This document shows, piece after piece, positions 52,067-63,400 of a stretch of DNA of 64,000 nt. This stretch comes from Pseudomonadota bacterium (GTDB lineage: Bacteria > Bdellovibrionota > Bdellovibrionia > Bdellovibrionales > Bdellovibrionaceae). The notes under the pieces were generated by a model. The model made no database searches and was not told the DNA's origin. It saw only the letters and a list, made by a program, of their open reading frames with translations. The stretch covers positions 96,001 to 160,000 of the forward strand of contig JBEGVH010000031.1 of NCBI GenBank assembly GCA_041178425.1. The letters run 5' to 3'. A program made the translations under genes and the position numbers. How positions within the stretch are numbered: position 1 is the first letter of the stretch; every line of letters begins with the position of its first letter.

Positions 52067-52436
52067 GAATTTTAAATTTCTTATTTGTTTAACCTTATTC
52101 GTTGGAATTTTTACGGCTCCCTGCGAAGGATTTTCACAGAGTCAGATTCGAACCCAAGGGCCTTCGATTCGCTCACAGGTGGCTAAAATTCTTTTGAGTA
52201 GCCTCGGTGGTGCGGTTTTGGGAATTAGCTCTTTAAGTTTTTACGATCGTCCTCAGGATCACCTTTCAAATGTTGCTCTTGGTGGAACCCTTGGGGCTGT
52301 TCTCGGATCAATTTACGTTACCAAAGAATCACTGGAAATGGACAGCCTCTCGTCGCTCGAAGAGGGGGGTGAGTTTCAGCTCGTAATGACCCCCCAAAAT
52401 AAAGGATGTTTAGCTCAATGGAGTTTCTCGTTCTAG
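52056..52436 (+). CDS. Hypothetical exported or membrane protein
   Basis: Signal-like N-terminus; Gly-zipper segments GGAVLG, GGTLGAVLG. Confidence 0.6.
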   Translation: MQFRNFKFLICLTLFVGIFTAPCEGFSQSQIRTQGPSIRSQVAKILLSSLGGAVLGISSLSFYDRPQDHLSNVALGGTLGAVLGSIYVTKESLEMDSLSSLEEGGEFQLVMTPQNKGCLAQWSFSF

Positions 52437-53482
52437 CTGGCCGCTTTGTCTTCGGCCGCGCCTAAGAATAGATCCATTTCTTTTTTATGAATCATGCCTC
52501 TTTTAACGAGTTCGGCGAGTGATTTTTCAAAAAGAACCATTCCATATTTAGCACCCATTTGTATTTGTGTTGGGATTTGGTAGGTTTTCTTTTCGCGAAT
52601 GAGATTGGCAATCGCTCGTGTGTTTCTCATAATTTCGTAGGCGGCCACGCGCCCTGGCTTGTCTGCGCGAGTGAAAAGACTTTGTGCAACCACTCCACGA
52701 ATACTCTCTGCCAACATGGCACGTATTTGATCTTGTTGGTCTCCTGGAAAAACGTCAATGATACGATCGATGGTTTTTGCTGCGCTATTTGTGTGTAGTG
52801 TTCCAAAAACAAGGTGACCTGTCTCAGCCGCTGTAATGGCGAGAGAGATCGTTTCTAAGTCTCGCAACTCACCCACAAGAACCACGTCGGGATCTTCCCG
52901 AAGAGCGGCTTTCAGTGCGTTGGTAAATGATTTCGTATGACTCCCGAGCTCCCTCTGGTTCACCAGTGATTTAATATTGGGGTGAATAAATTCGATAGGA
53001 TCTTCGATAGTAATAATATGGGCTTCTCGAGTGGCATTAATGTGATTGATCAGGGCTGAAAGGGTGGTTGATTTTCCAGAGCCCGTTGGTCCTGTGACGA
53101 GAACGAGTCCACGATCGCATTCCACCATATCCACAATCGCCGGAGGTAAGTTTAAGTCGGTGGTGGTGAGAATTTTTTCGGGGATAATTCTGAAGACGGC
53201 GCCCAATCCCTTTCTTTGCATAAACACATTGCCCCGAAACCGGGCGACACCAGACACCGCATAAGCAAAATCAAGTTCCCATTTTTCGACAAAAGCTTTT
53301 CGCTGTTTTTCATTTAGAATTTCAAATAAGAGACCCTGAACATCCTGATTGCTAAGCTCCCTATAGTTTACCGCTCGCATGTCTCCATGGACCCGCAAAT
53401 AGGGCGGAGCGCCGCTCGTAATATGGAGGTCAGAAGCTTTGTGTTCTAGCATCATTCTTAATAAGTCGTCGATTACTGCCAT
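52433..53482 (-). CDS. pilT: Type IV pilus retraction ATPase PilT
   Basis: GPTGSGKST, ALREDPD, AETGHLVFGTLH, AIANLIRE (AIRNLIRE-like). Confidence 0.95.
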   Translation of the reverse strand: MAVIDDLLRMMLEHKASDLHITSGAPPYLRVHGDMRAVNYRELSNQDVQGLLFEILNEKQRKAFVEKWELDFAYAVSGVARFRGNVFMQRKGLGAVFRIIPEKILTTTDLNLPPAIVDMVECDRGLVLVTGPTGSGKSTTLSALINHINATREAHIITIEDPIEFIHPNIKSLVNQRELGSHTKSFTNALKAALREDPDVVLVGELRDLETISLAITAAETGHLVFGTLHTNSAAKTIDRIIDVFPGDQQDQIRAMLAESIRGVVAQSLFTRADKPGRVAAYEIMRNTRAIANLIREKKTYQIPTQIQMGAKYGMVLFEKSLAELVKRGMIHKKEMDLFLGAAEDKAAS

Positions 53483-53590
53483 AGCTCCATTATAGGGCTA
53501 ATGCCTGTAAAAATGAGAGTCTAGATTAAATCAACTAAGGGTGCTATAAGAGTTGAATCTCATTATCGACTAAGTGCTAGGGAGACTTCG

Positions 53591-55099
53591 GTGGCTACAG
53601 AAATTCTCATTAACGTGAAACCACAAGAAACGCGCGTCGCCTATCTTGAGGGTGGAGTCTTAACCGACTTGAAAATTGAACGTATGACGAACCCAACCTT
53701 GGTTGGTTCCGTTTTTCGCGGAAAAGTGAGCAGGGTGTTACCGGGTATGCAGGCGGCCTTCGTTGACCTTGGTCTAGAGAAAGCTGCTTTTCTCTACGTA
53801 GGCGATATTCAAGCAGACAATCGTAGTTTCGAAGAGGAGGCCGGAGGTGATCACACCGAGGCTGACGAAGACGCGACTTCCGATGCGAATAAGTACCCTC
53901 CAATTCAGGATCTCATACGTGAAGGGCAAATGATTCTAGTGCAGGTAGCGAAGGATCCCATTGGTACAAAAGGCGCTCGCATTACAACTCAGATATCGCT
54001 CGCTGGTCGTTTTGTTGTGTATTTGCCTGATGTTAAGCACACAGGCGTGAGTCGAAGAATCGAAAAAGAATCAGAGCGTGACCGCCTTAAGGAGCTCGTT
54101 GCCAAAATAAATCCTACAGGCGGCGTGATCGTTCGAACCGCAGGCGAAGGAGCTAGTGAAGAGTCATTGCGCGGCGATATCGAATATCTCGATCGCTTAA
54201 GCAAAGAAATAATGAAGGCCGCCGAAAAAAAGAAAACGCCTGGTCTTGTGCACTCTGAAATGGACGTGGAGCTTCAAGCTCTGCGGGATCTAATGAATGA
54301 AAATGTAACGAGCGTTTATGTCGACAATGAGGAGGCTTACCGAAAGGTAACCAAGTTCATGGGTCAACTCATGCCCAAATTCAAACAGAATGTTGTATTT
54401 TATCAGGATCAACGACCGCTCTTCGACCTTTATGACATCGATCTCGAAATCTCGCGGTCTCTGGATAGAAAAATTTGGTTAAAATCTGGTGGCTACATTG
54501 TGATTGATGAGGCCGAAGCTCTTGTTGTTGTTGATGTAAATACGGGGCGCTATGTTGGCAAAAAAGATCTCGAAGACACAATCTTAAAAACGAATCTCGA
54601 GGCGGTAAAAGAGATCGCTCATCAATTGCGAATTCGTAATTGCGGAGGGATCATCATTATCGACTTTATCGATATGGAGAGACAATCACACCGCGAAAAA
54701 GTTTTAGCTCATCTGGCTGAGGAGCTTCAAAAAGACCGGGCCCGCACTCATGTTGTTTCAATGTCTCCCTTGGGATTAGTTGAGATGACTCGTAAGCGCA
54801 CACGACCAAGCCTTATCAAAACACTGTGTAATCCGTGCTCCTATTGCGATGGTAAGGGCTACGTTAAAAAGAAATCTACGGTTGCTAATGAGATCTTTAG
54901 AGAACTCGAGAGAGACCTCATGGTTTATCGCCATCAGCGTGGCAATATCGTGGTTCACTGTCATCGGGAAGTTGTGGATTGGATCTATGAGGTCGAAGGA
55001 AGCATTCTTGACTCCATTGAAAAGAAAATGGGCAAATCTGTGGCATTTAAGGTGGAGCCCACTTACCATATTGAACAGTACGAGATTTTTACGCTATAA
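53591..55099 (+). CDS. rng: Ribonuclease G/E family
   Basis: LPGMQAAFVD, DVNTG, GGIIIIDFIDM, C..C.GKG; short form without degradosome tail. Confidence 0.92.
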   Translation: MATEILINVKPQETRVAYLEGGVLTDLKIERMTNPTLVGSVFRGKVSRVLPGMQAAFVDLGLEKAAFLYVGDIQADNRSFEEEAGGDHTEADEDATSDANKYPPIQDLIREGQMILVQVAKDPIGTKGARITTQISLAGRFVVYLPDVKHTGVSRRIEKESERDRLKELVAKINPTGGVIVRTAGEGASEESLRGDIEYLDRLSKEIMKAAEKKKTPGLVHSEMDVELQALRDLMNENVTSVYVDNEEAYRKVTKFMGQLMPKFKQNVVFYQDQRPLFDLYDIDLEISRSLDRKIWLKSGGYIVIDEAEALVVVDVNTGRYVGKKDLEDTILKTNLEAVKEIAHQLRIRNCGGIIIIDFIDMERQSHREKVLAHLAEELQKDRARTHVVSMSPLGLVEMTRKRTRPSLIKTLCNPCSYCDGKGYVKKKSTVANEIFRELERDLMVYRHQRGNIVVHCHREVVDWIYEVEGSILDSIEKKMGKSVAFKVEPTYHIEQYEIFTL

Positions 55100-55234
55100 C
55101 CCATTGCATTACTTAAGGTTTTTTCCTCTAACGAATAAAATTTGTGAGGCCCAGCTTGACAATGTGAGGGCAGGACTCAATCTATTCGATGTCATTACAA
55201 AAATTAAAAGACACCTAATTTAAGGAGGTACTTA

Positions 55235-55534
55235 ATGGGTAAGGAAATCGGCGTTCGTCCATTGCACGACCGTATTTTGGTTAAGCGTACAACTGAAGAT
55301 GATAAAACTGCAGGCGGATTGTATATCCCTGATTCTGCTAAAGAAAAGCCTCAAAAAGGCGAAGTCGTAGCAGCCGGAAAAGGCCGCGTTCTTGAAGATG
55401 GCAAAGTTCTGCCTCTTGAGATCAAAGTGGGAGATAAGATCTTGTTTAGCAAATACGCAGGTACTGAGCTTAAGTTGAATGGCGAAGAGTACTTGATGAT
55501 GCGCGAAGAAGACGTTCTAGGAATCGTTCATTAA
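55235..55534 (+). CDS. groES: Co-chaperonin GroES
   Basis: [22 protein letters not shown]. Confidence 0.98.
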   Translation: MGKEIGVRPLHDRILVKRTTEDDKTAGGLYIPDSAKEKPQKGEVVAAGKGRVLEDGKVLPLEIKVGDKILFSKYAGTELKLNGEEYLMMREEDVLGIVH

Positions 55535-55544
55535 TTTAAAATAA

Positions 55545-57203
<1,659 letters not shown>

Positions 57204-57227
57204 TTCTTAATCGAAAGATTAGAGTCG

Positions 57228-57260
57228 AAAAGCCCGAGGCGAACCCTCGGGCTTTTTTTT
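57228..57260. terminator. Bidirectional intrinsic terminator after groEL
   Basis: AAAAGCCCGAGG-cgaac-CCTCGGGCTTTTTTTT. Confidence 0.9.
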
Positions 57261-58851
57261 AAAAAAGGTACTCAACACCAACGTCAATACGTCGCCAGTT
57301 GATCTCTGTTGATGTGGCCATCTCGCCTAATCGAGTGCCGGTGCCGCTAAAGTCTGAACGAGCGGAATCGATGCTGAGCCTAAAAATCCAATAAAGATTA
57401 GGTGTCCAATTATAATAGACTGATCCTGCAATTTGGCTGAGATAAAGATTCTCTGGGTCTCCCGACGTTACGGGTTTCTCTGTTACTGATGGACTCAAGT
57501 GGTACCAAATCTCAGCACCTAAGCCCCACTTGGGACTTAGATCATCAACCGGCATATAGCCGACTAAGCCAACCACGTTTGAATTATAATCGGTGGTTGT
57601 AAAACTTGTTGGATTGCTTTCAGTGACCTTAGCGTGAAATTGAGAAACTCCCAACAAAGCCTGAATGCGTGGGCCATAGATGCTGCTGGCAACTTCAAAA
57701 TCATATCCAAGGGCAAGTTTTGTAGACTGGATTGAATAATTAAGGCGCGTTGGCGCCGAACCCGAAAGCGGATTCTTTACCTGCGCTGATCCTTGATTGA
57801 TACCGGCCCGAATAAACCAGGTGCGATTAATCCATAAGTCGGCGTCAAATTGGGCATTCAAGGCAAAGCTGGTAAGGCCCTCTTGGCTTCCTGAGGTGGC
57901 CAAATTGGTCGTGGTATTAAATTCACCCCAGCCCAGTAGGGCATGAACCCGAGCGAATGTAGGCACAGATTGCGGAAGCCATTCTTTTGCGTCGCCTTTC
58001 ATCATCACCTCGGCATCGGGACGACCCATAAGGTGATCAATAACACCCTCATTCTGGCTCAATACGAGGTTCGGGTACGAGACAGGCTCTCGCAGGAGCA
58101 GCTTGAGCCCAGGTTGAATCACTTGCGGTTCCTGTTCGAAGAGAATGTGTCCGAAGCTAAGAGTTTCATCGGTTTTGATCAGTCGAATTTTACCAACAAT
58201 TTGCTTTTCTACATGAGTTACAAATTGAAATTGAGGATGCCGTTTGACGCTGAGAACTTGGATCACGTTGATTTCTTGGTCGGGGCGTAGACCGGCGGAG
58301 GTGCCCCGATTAACAGTCACCTTGCTTCCTGAGCGGCTCAGTACGAGACCCTGATAAGGAAGCTGATTAATGATCTGTTCATACATTATCTTAATCGTGC
58401 CGCGCAAATAATCATGATCAAATTTCTGTTTCTCAACGAATTCAGAGTAGGCCCACAACAAGCCGCTAGTTCTCGTAAAAAGCCCCAGCTCCATTCTCAA
58501 GCCAATTTGACCCTTTGAAATCTGCAAATGGAGCAAACCATCGGTTCCGGCCTTAGTGACGAGGGCATTGACCTGCTTTGGATTGGCCCTTAGATCATCG
58601 AGATCAAAATCTCCTTCGAGAGGGGCTTGTGGAACTTCAAAGAAATGCTCCGATTCCACGATTTTCAGTAATTCCTCCGACAATGGTTTAGCAAAGATTC
58701 CCTGCACATTGTCTTTTCCAGTGGTCATTACTACGGATTTTAATGTGATATCTCCATCATCAGCACTAACGTAGGTGGTGGTTACTGCTAAACCAAGACT
58801 CTGAAAGTACAAAATAATAATGAGTGAGAAGAATCTTAGAAAAACAGACAT
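57259..58851 (-). CDS. Hypothetical exported protein: FlgT/CsgG-like periplasmic part plus C-terminal beta-barrel-like domain
   Basis: Signal peptide from ATG 58851; GLVLSRSGSKVTVNRGTSAGL FlgT-C-like pattern; ends VGVEYLF. Confidence 0.55.
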   Translation of the reverse strand: MSVFLRFFSLIIILYFQSLGLAVTTTYVSADDGDITLKSVVMTTGKDNVQGIFAKPLSEELLKIVESEHFFEVPQAPLEGDFDLDDLRANPKQVNALVTKAGTDGLLHLQISKGQIGLRMELGLFTRTSGLLWAYSEFVEKQKFDHDYLRGTIKIMYEQIINQLPYQGLVLSRSGSKVTVNRGTSAGLRPDQEINVIQVLSVKRHPQFQFVTHVEKQIVGKIRLIKTDETLSFGHILFEQEPQVIQPGLKLLLREPVSYPNLVLSQNEGVIDHLMGRPDAEVMMKGDAKEWLPQSVPTFARVHALLGWGEFNTTTNLATSGSQEGLTSFALNAQFDADLWINRTWFIRAGINQGSAQVKNPLSGSAPTRLNYSIQSTKLALGYDFEVASSIYGPRIQALLGVSQFHAKVTESNPTSFTTTDYNSNVVGLVGYMPVDDLSPKWGLGAEIWYHLSPSVTEKPVTSGDPENLYLSQIAGSVYYNWTPNLYWIFRLSIDSARSDFSGTGTRLGEMATSTEINWRRIDVGVEYLF

Positions 58852-58906
58852 TTTACCGTCCTTTTTTTGGTTTAGATTTCTGCCAACACACCGATAGCGT
58901 ATCATC

Positions 58907-59800
58907 ATGAGTCGCGCCTCGATTATACTAGTATTGTTTACATTCTTTACGTCTTTGGCTAGTGGTCAGTGGGAGGCCGATCAATTTTTATTCAGCAACA
59001 AGGAATCGCCGGCCCGACCAAAGCCCATTGCCATCGAAAATAAAAAAACGGCAACGAACGCGAGGCCCTCAAAGCTGATCGATAAAAAAAATGAACCAAA
59101 AAAAACCACAGAGCCCGAGATCGTGCAAGCACCGTCAGACCCCCTGAGAGATCCTGCCTCTTTTGAGGAGTCAACTGTCGGTATTGATGCAAAATTGGGT
59201 TACATCGACTTTGATTCAAAGAGCTCTAGCCGCGCAATGGACTTTAACGAGGGCAGCACAACAGTAGCGGCTCAACTCGATTTAGGTATTGATCCAAAAA
59301 ACACGATTGAAGTGAATTATGCGGGCACGGCTCAAATTCAGTCGGCAGTTGTTTGGAATGGACAATCGATAAACCAGATTAATTGGGAAGATATGAATCT
59401 TGCGTATTCCTATCGATGGTTCAGAGGTCTGAATCAGATCCAGATCGGTCCAATCTTTCGTCAGAATAATTGGTGGGGGCAGACCCCGGGCAAAAGAGTT
59501 TCGCTTGAGAGGCTTGAGTCTTTTGGGCTTCACGGTCGGTATTTGTTCTCAAAAAGCGAGCGCCTTCGTCATCAATTGCAACTGCAACTGCTTCCGCGCA
59601 CCTATTCTCTTGTTAGCGGCGGTTTGGGCTATGACCTTCTCATGGATTGGACTTCCGTCTATGACCTCACCACAGGTCGAGCTCTCGTTTTTCAGCTTGG
59701 AGCAGAGCAATTAAAAATTAAAGACGTTGAAGACGTGCGTGCTCAACTTGACCAAAGGTTAATAAAAGTTTTTGTAGGCTATAGGGTTTTCACCCACTAG
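58907..59800 (+). CDS. Hypothetical exported protein, outer-membrane beta-barrel-like
   Basis: Signal peptide, low-complexity linker, amphipathic strands ending VFVGYRVF. Confidence 0.55.
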   Translation: MSRASIILVLFTFFTSLASGQWEADQFLFSNKESPARPKPIAIENKKTATNARPSKLIDKKNEPKKTTEPEIVQAPSDPLRDPASFEESTVGIDAKLGYIDFDSKSSSRAMDFNEGSTTVAAQLDLGIDPKNTIEVNYAGTAQIQSAVVWNGQSINQINWEDMNLAYSYRWFRGLNQIQIGPIFRQNNWWGQTPGKRVSLERLESFGLHGRYLFSKSERLRHQLQLQLLPRTYSLVSGGLGYDLLMDWTSVYDLTTGRALVFQLGAEQLKIKDVEDVRAQLDQRLIKVFVGYRVFTH

Positions 59801-59866
59801 GTTTCGTCCGGTCCAGTTTTAAAAAACTCAGGTGAGCTTCTTAGTAAGTAAATCTAAATTAAAGAT

Positions 59867-60250
59867 ATGCCTATACGCTTATTGATTGTCGATGACGCAA
59901 GTTTCATTAGAGAAATGCTTCGAACCATTGCTTCTAAGCAAGGGTGGTTGATTGTTGACGAAGCCGTTGACGGCGAAGAAGCGATCACCAAGGCTCGCCA
60001 GCATCATCCCGATGTTATATTGATGGACATCGTGATGCCAAAATTAAATGGCATTGAGGCCGGCAAAATAATTTTTAAATTTGATCCGAATATTGCCATT
60101 ATTGGACTGTCGACGGTTGATAACGAAGACATTATGATGCGGGCGATGGAGGCAGGATTTGTGAGTTATATAACTAAACCGTTTGAAAACCGATCGGTGA
60201 TTTCAGCGGTGAATCAAGCGAGTCAAAAAAAGGAGAAAAAAAGTGGGTGA
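59867..60250 (+). CDS. Single-domain response regulator (CheY-like)
   Basis: IVDD, DVILMDIVMP, YITKPF. Confidence 0.92.
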   Translation: MPIRLLIVDDASFIREMLRTIASKQGWLIVDEAVDGEEAITKARQHHPDVILMDIVMPKLNGIEAGKIIFKFDPNIAIIGLSTVDNEDIMMRAMEAGFVSYITKPFENRSVISAVNQASQKKEKKSG

Positions 60251-60467
60251 ATTGAAATTTGTTTTTAAAACACTTTTTGCAACAATTGTTGTTATCGCGC
60301 TGATGCAATTGAAGGTGGGCGAGAAGACTATCGAGAGCAAGACTTATCAAATATTGGCCCATTCAGAGTTTGCTGAATTCTTAAACCACGTGGCCTCTGG
60401 GGCTGTGGAGTTGGGAAAACAAGCGCGTGCTTATGCCGAAGAACAATTAAGGCAAGCCAGAAAATAA
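60243..60467 (+). CDS. Small hypothetical membrane-anchored protein
   Basis: Overlaps the response regulator stop, AGGAG RBS, N-terminal hydrophobic helix. Confidence 0.55.
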   Translation: MGELKFVFKTLFATIVVIALMQLKVGEKTIESKTYQILAHSEFAEFLNHVASGAVELGKQARAYAEEQLRQARK

Positions 60468-60489
60468 GGAACGCGCTTGTATCCATTGT

Positions 60490-60810
60490 TTACTGATTGT
60501 GACGTGAGCCTACCGAAGAACCAACAGTGTTCAGCGGTGAGCTCTGGCCGAATCGAGCACCGTTAGAGTCACCATTTTTTGCAATTTGGCTTTTGAAAGC
60601 GCAATCGGCTGGATTATGTCCTAGGCCGAGCGCAAGCGCAGGATCGGGATTTTTTATCGTTGGCACTTGAAGCTTTTTTACTTCGGTATTCATCGCAGAA
60701 ACGCGGGATTGCTTTTGGCTCTTCATGTTTCCAGATTTATTGATAGCAGCATGGCTTGTTGTTGAAAGTACTAGAGTTGCCAAAACAATCATTTTCTTTA
60801 GTGTGAACAT
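60490..60810 (-). CDS. Small hypothetical secreted protein
   Basis: GGAGG RBS, signal peptide MFTLKKMIVLATLVLSTTSHA. Confidence 0.7.
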   Translation of the reverse strand: MFTLKKMIVLATLVLSTTSHAAINKSGNMKSQKQSRVSAMNTEVKKLQVPTIKNPDPALALGLGHNPADCAFKSQIAKNGDSNGARFGQSSPLNTVGSSVGSRHNQ

Positions 60811-60881
60811 TTCATCCTCCGAAGTTCGTTTTAGATCCGATTTCAAATCGAATATTATTAATCTTCTCAAGAGTGTTTCAT

Positions 60882-60897
60882 TGCGAAACATGTGCCA
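60882..60897 (-). promoter_or_regulatory. Putative sigma54 promoter
   Basis: Minus strand TGGCACATGTTTCGCA: GG-N10-GC with TGGCAC -24 box. Confidence 0.6.
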
Positions 60898-61040
60898 TCA
60901 TGAGACGGGATTTATCAGCCACTCCTCCGCCCGCTTTAGTCATTTTGTTAGTCAGGTGTATAACTGTGAGACATTGAGAGAGTATGGAGAAGAATATTAT
61001 GACAAGAGCCCGCGCTCAAAGTCGTTTGGGGAGAGAAGAT

Positions 61041-61086
61041 AAAATAAAAAATTCGAGAGGGTTGCTGCCCAGTGACTCTCGAATTT
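61041..61086 (-). terminator. Terminator after the 61116-61826 gene
   Basis: AAATTCGAGAG...CTCTCGAATTT stem followed by a T-run on the minus strand. Confidence 0.6.
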
Positions 61087-61115
61087 AGAATTCCAGTATT
61101 TTAAATGATCCGCTT

Positions 61116-61826
61116 TTAAAGAGAACTTGCTTGAATTTTCAGAACTTCGGCATCCAGAAGTCCTTTGTTGCGAGACAGCTTTACCTTCCAGTCAAGGGCA
61201 GTACCAGGAACGAAGCCGGTGGCGCCTTGAGACTCGGTACCAATTTTATATTCGGTTGAAAGGGCTCCAACAACTCTTACATTCACATTAATTGAGTTGC
61301 CGCTCATGAGTTTCGCTCTCTGGCTTTCTGTGAGTATCTGATCGATAGGCAGATCAAGGCGCACAAAATTGAGGAGACCATCGGATTCGACTCTACCCGA
61401 AATTCCTTTTTTAATATCGGTGGAGTCTTTTTGCTTACCGGTCATGGCGCTAAACCTGTATTGTTGTCCTTTTACCTTTATTGTAGTTAGCGTTCCGTCT
61501 ATTTGTTCAAGCTCATATTGGTAGGGAGACTTAGGGTCAACGACCGTAAAACCGTTGTCACCATCTGCCATTGTATGACAACGATAGTAAACAACCTTCA
61601 TTTGTAGGGAAAGTTGTGTGGCTGTCGAATTGACAAGTGCTTTCGGGCCTATTGTTTCAAAATAGAGGGTCGGGGTGGCGCTTTGTTTAAACGAGGAGCA
61701 ATCAACGAGTCTACCGCTCATAATCTCGTTGAACTTTTGCTCATCGGCCTCAGTTTTGGGAATTGCAGCCTGGCTAATGCCTGAGATTAGTGTGAGGGCC
61801 ATTATTGTTTTAGAGAACTTATTCAT
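61116..61826 (-). CDS. Hypothetical secreted protein
   Basis: GAGG RBS; signal peptide MNKFSKTIMALTLISGISQA; beta-rich with one Cys pair. Confidence 0.7.
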   Translation of the reverse strand: MNKFSKTIMALTLISGISQAAIPKTEADEQKFNEIMSGRLVDCSSFKQSATPTLYFETIGPKALVNSTATQLSLQMKVVYYRCHTMADGDNGFTVVDPKSPYQYELEQIDGTLTTIKVKGQQYRFSAMTGKQKDSTDIKKGISGRVESDGLLNFVRLDLPIDQILTESQRAKLMSGNSINVNVRVVGALSTEYKIGTESQGATGFVPGTALDWKVKLSRNKGLLDAEVLKIQASSL

Positions 61827-61870
61827 AAAAACCTCGTACCAAACAGTTAGACGTATTCATGTTCCTACAG

Positions 61871-61886
61871 TGCAAGGGGCGTTCCC
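61871..61886 (-). promoter_or_regulatory. Putative sigma54 promoter
   Basis: Minus strand GGGAACGCCCCTTGCA: GG-N10-GC with TTGCA -12 box. Confidence 0.5.
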
Positions 61887-61946
61887 GGTGTCGGACATTC
61901 CGGACGTCATTAGCGCCTTTTTACGGAGCTAAGGTGTCAAAGTGAT

Positions 61947-62678
61947 TTGCAGAGAGACTCTTTAGGGCCTTTCGAATTGGAGTCTGAAATGCAAAAATGG
62001 AGATTTAAAAAACTGGCAAATTGGATGCTCTGTTGTTTTCAACATTGTTTCGTATGCAGTCGTCCGACTTTTAAGTCGAGTCACCTTTGTTTAGCTTGTT
62101 GGTCAGAGTTGTCCGAAGCGTTTTTGGGGACCGAAAGGCACGGAGGCGGCCCGCCTGCTGGTGAGGTTCCATTTCCGGTTCTAATCTTGGGATCTTACCA
62201 AAATTCCCTGTTGTCTGGGTTGGTTAGGGCTCTTAAGGGGGGCGATTCTCGAGAGGACTTTGACCTTATCGCTAGTTTTTGGGTTCGCCGCAGGGCCATC
62301 ATTAATTTACCACCACTCAAACCACCGGTTTTGTTGGTGCCATGCCCTACTCAGGGTAGAGACAAGAGAGATCATGCAAGCGCTCTAGCGTTGGCCCTAT
62401 CAGAGAGAACTCAATGGGCTGTCGAAAATTGTCTACAATTCAAGAAACCTCAGGAGGCCCTACAAAAATCAAAGCGGCGAGAGGAGCGAAGTGAGCGCCG
62501 TTTTTTGGCTCCCGAAAAACTGGATCTTACCTCCTTTGGATCGGTGATCTTTATTGATGACGTTCTTACGACAGGCAGCACAGCGAGGGCGGCTTGGAGA
62601 GCCCTGGGCTTTCCCCAGAACTTTGAAGTTTGGTGTATTGCCTATCAACCAAGACTTGCGGTCAAACGACGACTTTGA
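61947..62678 (+). CDS. comF: ComF-family protein (zinc ribbon plus phosphoribosyltransferase)
   Basis: CFVC...CLAC and FIDDVLTTGST PRPP-binding motif; start uncertain (ATG 61989 possible). Confidence 0.8.
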   Translation: MQRDSLGPFELESEMQKWRFKKLANWMLCCFQHCFVCSRPTFKSSHLCLACWSELSEAFLGTERHGGGPPAGEVPFPVLILGSYQNSLLSGLVRALKGGDSREDFDLIASFWVRRRAIINLPPLKPPVLLVPCPTQGRDKRDHASALALALSERTQWAVENCLQFKKPQEALQKSKRREERSERRFLAPEKLDLTSFGSVIFIDDVLTTGSTARAAWRALGFPQNFEVWCIAYQPRLAVKRRL

Positions 62679-62684
62679 TATAGT
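62656..62684 (+). promoter_or_regulatory. Putative sigma70 promoter for lolA-rimO
   Basis: TTGCGG-N17-TATAGT with extended -10 TG. Confidence 0.45.
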
Positions 62685-62712
62685 GCGTAAACTCAAAAGC
62701 GGGAGGTTCCTC

Positions 62713-63384
62713 ATGGCAGTTAAACATTTGAAGTTGGGGTTGGCTGCTTTGTTATTTCTTTTTACGGCGCCAACGGCCTTTGGAGCTAAAAAGTCGTCTA
62801 TGCCAATAGACTTGAGTGCAACACTTAAGTTCTACCAAGAGTCTAAGGGACTGGTTTTAGAAGTTAATAAGTCCGTAAAAAATACAATGCTTGATAAGGA
62901 AACCAACTATCCCGGTTTGATTCAGCTCGCGGATGGAAAGTTTCATTGGGAAACAACAAGTCCCGATAAAAACCTTCTGGTGTTTGATGGATCATTTCTA
63001 TGGAACATTCAGTACCCTCCAGAGGACTTCAAGTCGGCTCCACTTCAGGTAGCAAAGATGAGTCTTAAAAGTAAAAACTCCCCACTTATAATTTTAGAGA
63101 TCTTTGGGAGCAAGCCACTGAGCCAATTCTTTGGTGTGACCACTAAGCTTCAAGACGGCGATATTATTAAATATGCTCTAAAAGAAAAAAAGATGGACCT
63201 GGGTCTTAAGAACATCATTTTAACGATAAACAAAAAAGATCACCGAGTGGTGTCTTTGTCCTATGTTGATGAATTGGAAAATGAAACCATCCTGTCCATC
63301 AAAGAAACTCAATTAGATGCAAAATTAAAAACTGATTTATTTAGCTATAAACCGCCTAAAGGAGCTCAGGTCACTGAGTACTAG
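62713..63384 (+). CDS. lolA: Outer-membrane lipoprotein carrier LolA family
   Basis: Signal peptide, GKFHWET..P, LVFDG, FSYKPPKGAQV; GGGAGG RBS before ATG 62713. Confidence 0.85.
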   Translation: MAVKHLKLGLAALLFLFTAPTAFGAKKSSMPIDLSATLKFYQESKGLVLEVNKSVKNTMLDKETNYPGLIQLADGKFHWETTSPDKNLLVFDGSFLWNIQYPPEDFKSAPLQVAKMSLKSKNSPLIILEIFGSKPLSQFFGVTTKLQDGDIIKYALKEKKMDLGLKNIILTINKKDHRVVSLSYVDELENETILSIKETQLDAKLKTDLFSYKPPKGAQVTEY

Positions 63385-63400
63385 TCGCGGAAAGGAAAAT

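Noticed and set aside
55100..55234. CIRCE operator upstream of groES
   Set aside because: No TTAGCACTC-N9-GAGTGCTAA; only a TTGACA with a weak -10 and a short TGTGAGG repeat
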